Source: Octopus sinensis (lineage: Eukaryota). Taken from it: a stretch of DNA of 64,000 bases. A program made the translations under genes and the position numbers. This document shows, one piece after another, positions 25,960 through 38,815 of this stretch. The stretch is from the NCBI RefSeq assembly GCF_006345805.1, contig NC_042997.1, forward strand, positions 200,136,001 through 200,200,000, given 5' to 3'. The notes beneath the pieces were generated by a model. It was given only the letters and a program-made list of their open reading frames with translations. It made no database searches and had not been told where the DNA came from. The stretch's first letter is position 1; every line of letters starts with the position of its first letter.

Positions 25960-27120
25960 AAAATGACCCGTCTTTGTTTATTTTTTTGTTCTTTTTTGCA
26001 TCATCTAAGTGTCTGGATGTCTTGTTGTCGCCTGTTGTGTTCTTGTCCCATTTTTTGTATTCTTTTATATATATATCATCATCATCATTTAATGTCCACT
26101 TTCCATGTTAGCATGGGTTGGACGATATATGTCAAACTATGGGAAACAGATGTTAAAGGATGATGATAATGTGTATGTACTTATATATACATCGTGTGCA
26201 TGGATGTATGTGTAAGTCTCACTAGCCTGCTTATAGGCTTGTGTGAAAGAGCAAAAAATGGATTGCTAAGATAATATTTTTTGTGTTCTGGTGGGTGTTG
26301 GTGGTGGTAGTATTGTCATTAGTAATTGACAAAAAAGAAAAGTAATTGTGGTTGAGTGTGTCTCCTGAAAGAGTCTTCCAGACTGAGAATTTTCGTGGTG
26401 GAGAACTCTTCAAAGTCGATGATATTCTTGTGATCTTTAGTGAATACAAAACAAAAATATTTCACTATCTAAGTTATCAACTCCAAGACATCGTTATGTG
26501 TTTTTAAAAATAATTTGTTGTCAATAGGAATTATCATAGGAATTACATTAAATAGTTTATTTCCTGATTACTGGAAGTCAACATTACACAGTAGTTTATT
26601 TCGTTTTTCTTGGAAGTTTTCCTGAGAGTCAAGTCTGTGAGATTGATTCCCAGTGGCATCACCTATACCAATGTTTGGAGCAAAGACATAACGTAACACT
26701 TCTTCTCAATCACTAAAATATAAAATCAAAAGAAGCCAATAGGATCCACAAATGAGTTCAATAAGTAATTAACTGTTTTCTGTCTTTATTTCTTCATACT
26801 TCAATAGCCTTCTCTATAACATTCATCAAAGTTTATTCTGGAATTGGAAAGGAAATTTGAAGTTCCCTTTCATGTAGGCACAAACAGCACATACACATGC
26901 AAGCAGAGACGCATACATATGGCACAGAACCACACACATGCATACACACAGAAACACATACATATTAAACAGGACTTGTTGAGCTTAACTTTTGAAGATT
27001 TTATGCTTTTTTTGTTATCTGACTATGGGTAATTGGTGTTTCTTATTGCCATTGAGGATAAGAACAATTAGAACAGATCTTTAATTCTGATTTAGGACAA
27101 AATCTTCTTCTTCTTCTTCA

Positions 27121-27151
<31 letters not shown>

Positions 27152-27259
27152 CTTCTTCTTCTTCTTCTTCTTCTTCTTCTTCTTCTCTTCTTCTTCTTCT
27201 TCTTCTTCTTCTTCTTCTTCTCCTCCTCCTCTTCCTCTTCCATTATTGTTATCATTTAA

Positions 27260-27680
27260 CCCCTTAAAATTGAAACTGGCAGAATTGTTACTGCACTGGA
27301 CAAAATGCTTACAGGCATTTCATCTGTCTTGACATTGTGAGTTCAAATTCCATTGAGGTCAACTCTGCCTTTGACTCTTTTTGGAGTTGATAAAATAAGT
27401 ACACTGGGGTTGATGTAATTGATATTATTTCTCCCCAAAAATTTCCGGCCTTGTGCCATAATCTGAATCCAATATTCAAACCCACCATATCTGACCCAAA
27501 TATACCAGTTTTATGTTCAAACTGGCCATATTCAGCCTCTCACACCTACCCTATGGTGTCATACTGAAAGTAAATAAACACGTCGTTGAAATCTCAAGAC
27601 AACAAGATAATGCATGAATAATTTAGAATGCTGCGGATAAATAAGCATTACATTTGACAGAATGATCCGAATGCTAAAGG
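27260..27680. mobile_element. TTAA-flanked piggyBac-like MITE containing a family B SINE
   Basis: TTAA|CCCCTTAAAATT ... AATGCTAAAGG|TTAA. Homologous to 13833-14622. Confidence 0.6.
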
Positions 27681-28147
27681 TTAAAGTCTTGTCTTGACAG
27701 GGTCTGACATTGATCTACTTTGCCATGGTTTCTATTGATGGATGCCCTTCCAAATGCTAACCATTTTACAGAGTGTGTTCCGTGCACTTCTTTATGAAAT
27801 TGGCATCAGTGAAGAACATCTTGCAAAGCTAAAAGCCTAAGGTGACCCCAATAGCTAAAGGAGACTAGAAGAAAGAGGGTGCAATGATTCTAGGAGAGTT
27901 GGAGTACAGGTGTGGTCCCAGGAATTTTTCGAAAGGAGGGCACAAGGTCAGAAGGGAATACAATTCCAGGAGAAAAGTGCATAATAACATTATTTAGAAG
28001 GGTGCACTTATTTTCTTGAGCAGGGGCACATGTTCATCAGGCTCCCCTTGAGTTCACCCCTGGGGTATGAAGGAGGGTAAAATGACAGGAACAGATTTAT
28101 TGTTGTGAAAATGTGGCAGTGTAGAGAGTAGCAGAGTAGTAGGATAG

Positions 28148-28462
28148 GCACATGGTTTAGTGGTTAGGGTATCTGACACATGATCTTAAGGTCATAGCTC
28201 AAATCCTGGTGATGTGTTGTGTCCTTGAGCAAGACACTTTGTTTCACATTGCTCCAGTCCATTCAGCTAGCAAAAATAAGCTGTACTTGTATTTCAAAAG
28301 CCAGCATTGTTATACTCTGTTTCACATTGATTCTCCCTGAGAACTACATTAAGAGTATGTATGTCTGTGGTATACTCAGTCACGTGCATGTTAATTTCAT
28401 GAACAGGCTGTTCTGTTGATCGGATCAACTGGAATCCTCGTCATCGTAACTGACAGGGTGCC
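28148..28462 (+). mobile_element. tRNA-derived SINE (family D); partial copies at 15720-15900, 24630-24868, 38090-38280, 48520-48690
   Basis: A-box TGGTTTAGTGG and body TTGTGTCCTTGAGCAAGACACTT...GCTCCAGTCCA. Confidence 0.7.
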
Positions 28463-30060
28463 AATTAGTAAGGTAGGCACTAATTGGGAGTAGGCAATGC
28501 TTTGAATATGGCTGGAAACATGGGAAAAGCTGGGGGAAGTGTGCAGTGAGTGAACATGAAGTAGAAAATGGGGGAGCTGTGGGTGAGAGCAATGAGGGGA
28601 AAGTGATGCTGGAGGGTACTATGGAAATAGGGTAGAGGATGAATGTTACAAAAGCATCCTAGATGGGGAGGCAGTGAAGAGAGGATATTGAGAGAGAGGG
28701 GTAGTGTGAAATGGTAGGTGGGTGCTGTGAGAGGAAAGAGAAAAGGCCTACAGGGAATCCTTGAAGTGTTAGAGCGTAGGAGTAGCATAAAGACAAACAG
28801 AGATGTTGGGCGATAATAGAGGTCACCTGGGTGTGAGTGGGGGATAGTGGGCTGCACAGTTGTAGAGGAGGGCAAGCATAACAAATGAGCTAGTGGTGAG
28901 GGTGCTATGAGGGACGAAGAGACAGGAGTCATTGATGGCTGTGTGAGGATACAAAGCACAGTAGGAGGATGTTCGGTACTGGGTCCTCCTCCCCTCACCT
29001 AGTTTTCTTTTACTGATGTCTTTGCACATATCACATCAGAAAATTTTGAACTATTCTGTTTTCAAAATGCAAATTTATTGTTAAATTATTAAAGTTCCTC
29101 ATTAGTAAAAACTGTAAAATTTCTAAACATATAGGACAGTCTAATCAGTGCATATTTAATATTTATCACTTTTGTTTCATGATGCAAGATTTAATTGAAC
29201 ATTAAATGAAAGATAAATCGTTAGCTATAAACATTCTAAAACAATATAAAGGAAAAACATAAAAGAAACCAGTTTCATTGTAACAGAAGAAAATAAAACA
29301 ATTCATAACTACAGTTTATTGTGTTTATTACATTCATCGTTTATTATATATAATTACATTCATTACCAGCATCGCCTTACTGGCACCTGTGCCGTTGGCA
29401 TGTGTAAAAAAAAAAAAAAATTCGAGTGAGGTCATTGCCAGTACTGCCTGACTGGCCCCCGTGCCGGTGGCACGTAAATGCACCCACTACACTCTCGGAG
29501 TGGTTGGCGTTAGCAAGGGCATCCAGCTGTAGAAACTCTGCCAGATCAAGAGTGGAACCCGGTGCAGCCATCTGGTTCGCCAGCCCACAGTCAAACCGTC
29601 CAACCCATGCTAGCATGGAAAGCGGATGTTAAACGATGATGACGAATGAACGATTGAGTAAATTGGTAGAAAGTGATAGAACAGAAGATAGAATGCTGTA
29701 AGGTGCTCGATAGCACTCTGCCTTTCATCTTTCAAATGTTCTTTATAAGTACCAATGAAAACAAGGAAAAGAATATATAATAAAATACTATATATAAAAC
29801 GCCAATAAAATACCATACATGCACACACACACACACACACACACAACTCTGGGTCCATCTCACTGTGTGGCAACATGGGCTAGTGCTTTCAACTCTAGCC
29901 TTGGGCCAACCAAAGCCTTGTGAGTGGATTTGGTAGATGGAAACTGAAAGAAGCCCATCATATATATATATATGTGTGTGTGTATGTTTGTGTATCTGTC
30001 AGGTAATGGATGGGGTGGGAACAAACACAGACATAGACATATGAATATATATATATATAC

Positions 30061-30352
30061 CTTGACACAAATAAGAAAGAAGAAAAAAAAGGACCACTGA
30101 TTCGGTCACAGGTGTGTGACGAAAGAACTCTGGCCGAAATAAGATTAAGATTAATGTAAAAAATAAATAACACTGAAGCAAAATAACACCAAATATATAG
30201 CGTGTGTGTTTTTAATAGCTAAACAGGCAAAATGACCATTCCGAAATACAACAATATCTGTTTCAACACACGACTTCACATAAAATTCTTGCACAACAAA
30301 TATATAAACATATATAAATATATATATATAAGCAAAAATAAATCTCTGAACG

Positions 30353-30355
<3 letters not shown>
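30061..30355 (+). mobile_element. Penelope-pLTR-like insertion inside a family A SINE
   Basis: Homologous to 1860-2040, with a hammerhead-like fold at 30091-30135. It is flanked by an inverted copy of host SINE sequence. Confidence 0.55.
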
Positions 30356-30397
<42 letters not shown>

Positions 30398-31912
30398 TAT
30401 GTCCATGTCTGTGTTTGTTCCTACCCCATCCATTACCTGACAACTGATGCTGATGGTTTGTTTACATTCCCTTCACTTAGTAGTTTGGTAAAAAAAGACC
30501 GAGAGTATATAGTATTGGTCGTCAATTTGTTCGACTAAACCCTTCAAGGCAATGCCCCAGCATGGCCACACTCACAGTCCAATGACCGAAGCATATAAAA
30601 GAAAGGAAAGACACCCAATTTCCTTACAGTTTACCATCTGTAAATGATTTCATACTGTTGCGTTGTTAGTGTAATAAGCCAAGTTATTTATTAAATTATT
30701 GTGTCTTCTATATATGATGCTCATTTGGTGGTCAATTTGATCCTTACATCTTATGAAGTCCAATAAAAAATGTCACTACTCAAAGCTATATGTCAAACAA
30801 CTTTCTTCACTTGTTGAAGGGTAAGTAAAATGAAATTGCTTTTATTCATCAAAAGCGAAATGTTAAATTGAATCATCGCGTTGAATAATGCAGTTGCATG
30901 TTTGTCCTGCACAATAAAACTGGCAATATAATTGGAAATCTATTGTGTACAGTCTCTCCACTACCTTACTACCAACATATGGAAGATGAACCGTTGCAAG
31001 CAGTCAGAGACCCAGCGTGAGAGTTAATGATTCCATTAACAGTATTTTGCTAAATTCAATTAGTCTTTTTGAAGTTATATAATTTATAACATAGTCGATG
31101 TTTATGTCATATTCTCACATTATTTTCTCAATATATTTCATACAGTCACTGTTGTGGTAGAAGGATACATCTGAGATGAATTATTGGTGTTGTTTGTAAA
31201 GATAGATTTAAAGTTGATGCCACCATGTTGGCTTGTTTACGCAGGTGTCTCTGGGTGAATGTGTTATCTTAACCGAGCAGCGTAGGGAAGGAAAAATTTA
31301 TTGGTTAGTAAATATTTCTAAAAGAATGAATACTCACATCTTGGAAAAGGAGAAAATATTTTGGCTGTGAACTAAATGAAAACATCTTCAGTGTTTCTGA
31401 TAGTTTTCTTGCAAATAATTGGAATTGTTGACAAAAGTCTATTAGCTAGCTAGCATTGGTAAATAAACATTTCCTGATTTCAAAAACTTTGTTTTATGTG
31501 TGAAAGGAAACATTCTATGTTCTGGTATCTCACTTGGTTGTAACTGATTTTCTGATTCTTTGAGATTTGCATAATACAGATAAACATATAGATGCAGTTC
31601 ATTGTTTTAGTAATTTCAGGAAGCTGAGCAAGTATAACATTTGTTTCTTTTTGTTCATTTGTTTTATGTCTGTTTTACCATGTTAGCATGGGTTGGATGA
31701 ATACATGTTATTGAGTCAGTGTTTTCACAGCTCAATACACTTCTTGTCACTAACTTTATCAGATTTTCAAGTAAAGGTTTTTTTTGTATGTGTTTTACTT
31801 GTCTTTGAAATTACAAAGCTAGAAGACAATTTGTTGACAGTCAATGGAAATGTGACGGTGTGGAGGTGAATAGAGTATTTCAGGTACTGCTTGAAAGAAC
31901 GTGTGATACTGT

Positions 31913-33516
31913 ATGTATGCATGTGTGTGTGTGAGTGATTTGTGTGTGTATGCATGTGTGTGTGTGAGTGATTTGTGTGTGTATGCATGTGTGTGTGTGA
32001 GTGATTTGTGTGTGTATGCATGTGTGTGTGTGAGTGATTTGTGTGTGTATGCATGTGTGTGTGTGAGTGATTTGTGTGTGTATGCATGTGTGTGTGTGAG
32101 TGATTTGTGTGTGTATGCATGTGTGTGTGTGAGTGATTTGTGTGTGTATGCATGTGTGTGTGTGAGTGATTTGTGTGTGTATGCATGTGTGCGTGTGAGT
32201 GATTTGTGTGTGTATGCATGTGTGCGTGTGAGTGATTTGTGTGTGTATGCATGTGTGCGTGTGAGTGATTTGTGTGTGTATGCATGTGTGCGTGTGAGTG
32301 ATTTGTGTGTGTATGCATGTGTGCGTGTGAGTGATTTGTGTGTGTATGCATGTGTGCGTGTGAGTGATTTGTGTGTGTATGCATGTGTGTGTGTGAGTGA
32401 TTTGTGTGTGTATGCATGTGTGTGTGTGAGTGATTTGTGTGTGTATGCATGTGTGTGTGTGAGTGATTTGTGTGTGTATGCATGTGTGTGTGTGAGTGAT
32501 TTGTTGTGTGTATGCATGTGTGTGTGTGAGTGATTTGTGTGTGTATGCATGTGTGCGTGTGAGTGATTTGTGTGTGTATGCATGTGTGCGTGTGAGTGAT
32601 TTGTGTGTGTATGCATGTGTGTGTGTGAGTGATTTGTGTGTGTATGCATGTGTGTGTGTGTGAGTGATTTGTGTGTGTATGCATGTGTGTGTGTGAGTGA
32701 TTTGTGGTGTATGCATGTGTGTGTGTGTGAGTGATTTGTGTGTGTATGCATGTGTGTGTGTGAGTGATTTGTGTGTGTATGCATGTGTGTGTGTGAGTGA
32801 TTTGTGTGTGATGCATGTGTGTGTGTGAGTGATTGTTGTGTGTATGCATGTGTGTGTGTGAGTGATTTGTGTGTGTATGCATGTGTGTGTGTGAGTGATT
32901 TGTGTGTGTATGCATGTGTGTGTGTGAGTGATTTGTGTGTGTATGCATGTGTGTGTGTGAGTGATTTGTGTGTGTATGCATGTGTGTGTGTGAGTGATTT
33001 GTGTGTGTATGTATGTGTGTGTGAGTGATTTGTGTGTGTATGTATGTGTGTGTGTGAGTGATTTGTGTGTGTATGCATGTGTGTGTGTGAGTGATTTGTG
33101 TGTGTATGCATGTGTGTGTGTGAGTGATTTGTGTGTGTATGCATGTGTGTGTGTGAGTGATTTTTGTGTGTGATGCATGTGTGTGTGTGTGAGTGATTTG
33201 TGTGTGTATGTATGTGTGTGTTGAGTGATTTGTGTGTGTATGTATGTGTGTGTGTGAGTGATTTGTGTGTGTATGCATGTGTGTGTGTGAGTGATTTGTG
33301 TGTGTATGCATGTGTGTGTGTGAGTGATTTGTGTGTGTATGTATGTGTGTGTGTGAGTGATTTGTGTGTGTATGTATGTGTGTGTGTGAGTGATTTGTGT
33401 GTGTATGCATGTGTGTGTGTGAGTGATTTGTGTGTGTATGCATGTGTGTGTGTGAGTGATTTGTGTGTGTATGCATGTGTGTGTGTGAGTGATTTGTGTG
33501 TGTATGTATGTGTGTG
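31913..33516. repeat. 33-bp minisatellite, about 48 copies
   Basis: Unit GTATGCATGTGTGTGTGTGAGTGATTTGTGTGT. Confidence 0.97.
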
Positions 33517-33644
33517 TTTTTGTGTTTGTGTTTGTGCATATAACTGCATGCATGTATGGGCGTATATGCATGTGTGAGAATTTATGTGTCTAAGCATGAA
33601 TATGTACACATTAGTATGCTTGAATGAAAATTGTTTATATCAGC

Positions 33645-34230
33645 ATAGGTGTGGCTTTCTGGTAACAAGTTTGGTTCCCAACCATATGGTTCTGGGTTCA
33701 GTCCCACAGTGTGACACCTTGGGTGTTTTTTACTATAGCCTTGAGCTGAGCAAAGCCATGTGAGTGAATTTGGTAGATGGAAACTGAAAGAAGCCTGTCA
33801 GATATTATCATCATCATCATCATCATCATCAACATCATCGTTTAACGTCTGCATTCCATGCTGGTATGGGTTGGACAGTTTAACTGGAGCTGACCAGGTA
33901 GAAGACTACCCCCAGGTTACTGTGTCTGTTTTGGCATGGTTTTTACAGCTGGATGCCTTTCCTAACACTGATCACCCCACAGTGTGTGTGTGTGAGAGAA
34001 AGAGAGAGAGAAAGAGTTTGTGCCAGTTTTTATCAGTTTTTATCCCCACCACTGCTTGACAACTGCTGTTGGTGTGTTTATGTCCCTGTAACTTAGTAGT
34101 CCTGCAAAGAGACTGATAAAATATGAATCTGGCTTTAAAAAAATTAAATACTGGTGTCAATTTATTCGCTTCAAAATTCTTCAGGGTGGTGCCCCAGCAT
34201 GGCCACAGTATAATGACTGAAACAAATAAA
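33645..34230 (+). mobile_element. Family A SINE interrupted by an inverted family C 3' UTR (33810-33980)
   Basis: SINE head and tail flank a minus-strand family C copy. Confidence 0.75.
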
Positions 34231-34404
34231 AGATATATCATAGACTCGATGGTGTCTTCTGTCATAGATAACAGAAGAGGTTTCTGCAATTTTGTGCTGA
34301 ACACTCAGTTGTCCAATAACTTTTCATATGTCAGGCAAAGGCACCTGTATATTAGATAATAGAGTGGGTATATTATTTATACAATATTACAGAATATTCA
34401 TGTT

Positions 34405-34805
34405 ACTCTATTACTCTTTTACTCTTTTACTTGTTTCAGTCATTTGACTACAGCCATACTGGAGCACCGCCTTTAGTCAAGCAAATCGACCCCGGGACTT
34501 ATTTTTTGTAAGCCTAGTACTTATTCTATTGGTTTCTTTTGCCGAACCACTAAGTTACGGGGATGTAAACACACCAGCATCGGTTGTCAAGTGATGTTGA
34601 GGAGACAAACACACACACATATATATACATATACATATATACGATGGGCTTCTTTCAGTTTCCTTCTACCAAATCCACTCACAAGGCTTTGGTCAGCCCG
34701 AGGCTATAGTAGAAGACACTTGCCCAAGGTGCCACACAGTGGGACTGAACCCGGAACCATGTGGTTGGTAAGTAAGCTACTTACCACACAGCCACTCCTG
34801 TGCCT
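34405..34805 (-). mobile_element. Family A SINE
   Basis: Full-length, well conserved copy. Confidence 0.9.
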
Positions 34806-35104
34806 ACTGAATGGTTTCATGTTAAAAAAGTTTCCAAACATGGAAGGTAAATTTAAATTCATTAGACATAGCTGAATGAAGAATATAGCTTTTGGTCTTA
34901 TTTAGCGGATGTCTGAAAAAACTACATATGGTTTATGAATCTCAGGGTTATTCTAAAACTGTAGATGGAAAGCCAGGGATGAAAAAACACAGTCAAAGAA
35001 GCATGGCTGGCCCATCAGTGTTATATCACTTAAACAGATGCCTTTAGTTGTTGTTGTGCTTGTTAACATTCAGGTAACAACTGTCCACCTCAATATTTTT
35101 GTAT

Positions 35105-35612
35105 ACTCTGCTTGCAAAGACCAGTTGAGGCAAGTAAAATCGAAGTCAAAATCAAACTCGGTGACTGGCATCCGTTGCTAGTGGAGCGCTAAGAGTACTA
35201 TACGAGTGAGATCGTTGCCAGAGCAACAAGCTGGCCTTTGTGCCGATGGCATGTTAAACACACCATTCGAGCATGATTATTACCGTGTCGCCTTACTAGC
35301 ACTTGTGCTGGTGGTACATAAAAAATTCGAGTGAGGTCGTCGCCAGGCCCGCTGGACTGGCTCCTGTGCAGGTGGCACGTAAAAAGCACCATTTGGGTGT
35401 GGCCGTTGCCAGTACCACCAAACTGGCCCTCGTGCCGGTGGCACGTAAAAGCACCACTACACTCTTGGAGTGGTTGGTGTTAGGAAGGGCATCCAGCTGT
35501 AGAAACTCTGCCAGATCAGATTGGAGTCTGGTTCGCCAGACCTCAGTCAAATCGTCCAACCCATGCTAGCATGGAAAGTGGACGTTAAATGATGATGATG
35601 ATGATGATGATG
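35105..35612 (+). mobile_element. Family C RTE 3' UTR with about 4 internal units
   Basis: Repeated GTGCCGGTGGCACGTAAAAGCACC units and a (GAT)n tail. Confidence 0.75.
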
Positions 35613-35877
35613 AAACTGAGAAAAAGTAAGGGTAAATGGATAGGGTGAGGGAGAGAGAGTGAGAAATGCAGAGGGATGCAGGGAAGGGTTATATGTTAGT
35701 CACGTTTTTGATTTCTGGAAGGGTTTACTGGAATTTAAGCCTAAGTCTAATATTATATCTTGGAAATTAACTACTTTCAGGTTTGTCTTTATTGTAACTT
35801 TGAGGCCTAGGGAATTAAGAGTACGAATTAGGTCCTTCCTGGACTAATCATATGTATAACCATATACCCTCTTAATA

Positions 35878-36270
35878 ATGGGTTCAAATTTTGCCACAAG
35901 GGCAGCAATTTTGGGGGAGGGGATGTGTCACATCAACCCCATTATTCAACTAGTACTTAAGTTATCAACCCTGAAAGGATGAAAGGCAAAGTCGACCTCA
36001 GCAGAATTTGAACTCAGAACATAGCGGTAGATGAAATACATATTTCTTTACTACCCACAAGGGGCTAAACACAGAGTTGACAAACAAGGACGGACACACA
36101 GATTAAGTCGATTACATCGATCCCAGTGCGTAACTGGTACTTATTTATCGACTCTGAAAGGATGAAAGGCAAAGTTGATCTCAGCAGGATTTGAACTCAG
36201 AACATAGTGGCAGATGAAATACCATAAGCATTTTGCCTGGCATGCTAACAATTCTGCCAGCTCGCCGCCT
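35878..36270 (-). mobile_element. Head-to-tail family B SINE dimer
   Basis: Two Deu-like cores. The second unit starts at GTATTTC. Confidence 0.8.
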
Positions 36271-37665
36271 TACACCCTCTTAATAATAACAAGGCATTGC
36301 CCTTATACAGGCCAAAGCTAGTTGTGATGCAGGTGCCATGCAAGTGTACCCAGCAAACTCTGTAAAATAGTTGGCATTAGGAAGGGCACCCAGCCATAGA
36401 AACCATTCCAAAACGAACAATGGAGCCTGGTACAGCCCCTGGCCTCACCAGCTCCTGTCAAACAGTCCAACCAACCCAGCTTGAAAAATGGACATTAAAT
36501 GATGATGACGATGAGAATTTACCTAGAATACATATATAGACTTAGAGATATATAGAATAGAGAGGAAGAAGTGTAATACAGTGTGGGCCCAAAGAAGCTG
36601 AATTTCTTGGTAGCATCAGTGCTCCAGTGGGAGCAAATACTATTGGAGTGTATAGAAGTCGATGGGAAATGAAATTCCTGATGAACAAAAACTTTATTTT
36701 TGAAAGCAACAGTTCCAGGGGATATCTATTTGAAATGAAAGTTACTCATTTTATTTATCCTTGCAGTTGAAATTGTTTAAGATTTAACGATCCAAGGTAT
36801 TAATCTAAATGATTTTTATTACGCACCTCATCATTAACATTTTAAATTCACTGCAAAAAAAAAAAGAAAAGAAAAAAAGAAAAAAGAAAACAGGTGAAAC
36901 AATATTTTTTTTTTCCTTATTTTCATTAGAACATTGAATATTATGCCCAGCTGCTGGCAAATAAAGTCTCTAAATTAATTACATGGTCTGTTATCAGTGA
37001 CAGATTAATTATAATGCAATTTACACTATACTCTCCATATGAGCAATCATTTCATTAAGAAAAAAAAAAAAGAAGAGATATCAATGTCATACCGTACCTG
37101 CTTCTGTGTCAATAATTACTACTTGCTAATTCTCCTTCTTCACATCTCCTGTTGTTTTCTCTTAATCAATCACCTCCACCTCTGTCATTATTTCCTTTAA
37201 GTCTTTTCCATTAATTCTCCACGAGGAGTAACGGTCATTGAAGTGTCATGAGAGTTGTATTCCATCACTAATGTTGTACTCTGGTTGGTTACCACATCTG
37301 ACTCCTCCCACTTCGTTTATTTACCAAGAAAACGAAGCAATAACAAAAAGAAGCAGGGTGCATTAAATGTGGTTGGAATTCAATGAGAGGTTTAGTGGTT
37401 TGATTAAGGCCATTGAATCATTTCTAACAGAAAGAAATCAATAGTTATTTTCTGCGCCATAATTATTGTCAATAATATTACACATTTTCTTTAGAATATA
37501 TTTTAAATATGCTACTTTCAGTATATTAGTATAATAACCATTATAATCCTATAATCAGATGTTACTACCGATTCCATCATGCTGTTATTGTTGTTGTTTA
37601 ATAATAGGCTGGTCTTGATGGAGCAGCCAAACAACCCAGGGTATTCAATGGACACACACACACAT

Positions 37666-37699
<34 letters not shown>

Positions 37700-38439
37700 G
37701 TACACATACACACATGCACGCGCTTGCATGCACATACTGGCGCTGAGTCAGTTCCAATGACAAAGGTTCCACTTAATTATATCAACGGAACAGCCCCCCA
37801 CCCACTGGAATTAATGTGAAAGTTATTGAGCACTTCACAGACATGTGTAGTACCTATTTCTTTACTAACCACAAGGGGCTAAACACAGAGGGACAAACAA
37901 GGACAGACAAACGGATTAAGTCGATTATATTGACTCCAGTGCGTAACTGGTACTTATTTAATCGACCCCGAAAGGATGAAAGACAAAGTCAACCTTGGCG
38001 GAATTTGAACTCAGAACATAGCGGTAGACAAAATACTGCTAAGCATTTCGCCTGGCGTGCTAACGTTTCTGCCAGCTCGCCGCCTTGTGTAGTACCCTTT
38101 ACAGAGTTCTCAGGGAGAGTCAGCATGACACAGAATGAATTGCAGGTACAACTCATTTTTGCCAGCTGGGTGGACTGGTGCAATGTGAAATAAGGTGTCT
38201 TGCTCATGAAAACAACAGCCTGCCAGGAATCGAACTCATGACCTTACAATCATGTGCACAATACACTAACCACTAAGCCACACACACACACACACACACA
38301 CACACGCATGCACACACGCATACACGATGGCTGCAACTTGATTCCAAGCAATATCATTGCTTGACTGTTCTCTCAAAGCAGCCCAGATGTGGTTTTCCAA
38401 TCCTGTTTGTGACTTACACTCTTCTGCACAAATGTGGCA

Positions 38440-38508
38440 GTGATGGGTTAGTGGTTAAGAGAGCGGGCTACAAACCCCAAGATTCCGAGTTCAATTCCAT
38501 GCAGTAAT

Positions 38509-38571
<63 letters not shown>

Positions 38572-38815
38572 CACAACAACAACACCACTTCCAGCCTGTT
38601 GTCTCTTGAGGTCTCTGGGTGAGACTTTGAGCCAACTTGTACAAATATAAAGCAAAAGTCAAACATAGAATAATAATAATAATAATATAATAATAACATC
38701 AAAAATTACCTTAGGAATGAGAACCCAGGTTCGAATTATCCCAAGACACTTGATGAAGGCTGGAGGGTATATCAGCTGAAATGTTGTGTAGCAACAAATA
38801 TGATGAGGACAAAAA
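38440..38815 (+). mobile_element. Family F: tRNA head + (AAT)n + hammerhead
   Basis: A-box TGGGTTAGTGG, B-box AGTTCAATTCC, (AAT)n, hammerhead at 38745-38789. A Dong-like 3' UTR fragment (about 38575-38670) sits in the (AAT)n. Confidence 0.75.

Noticed and set aside
31767-33609. Three 560-600 aa His/Thr-rich ORFs
   Set aside because: They are open in all three minus frames only because the CA-rich 33-bp minisatellite has no stop codons.
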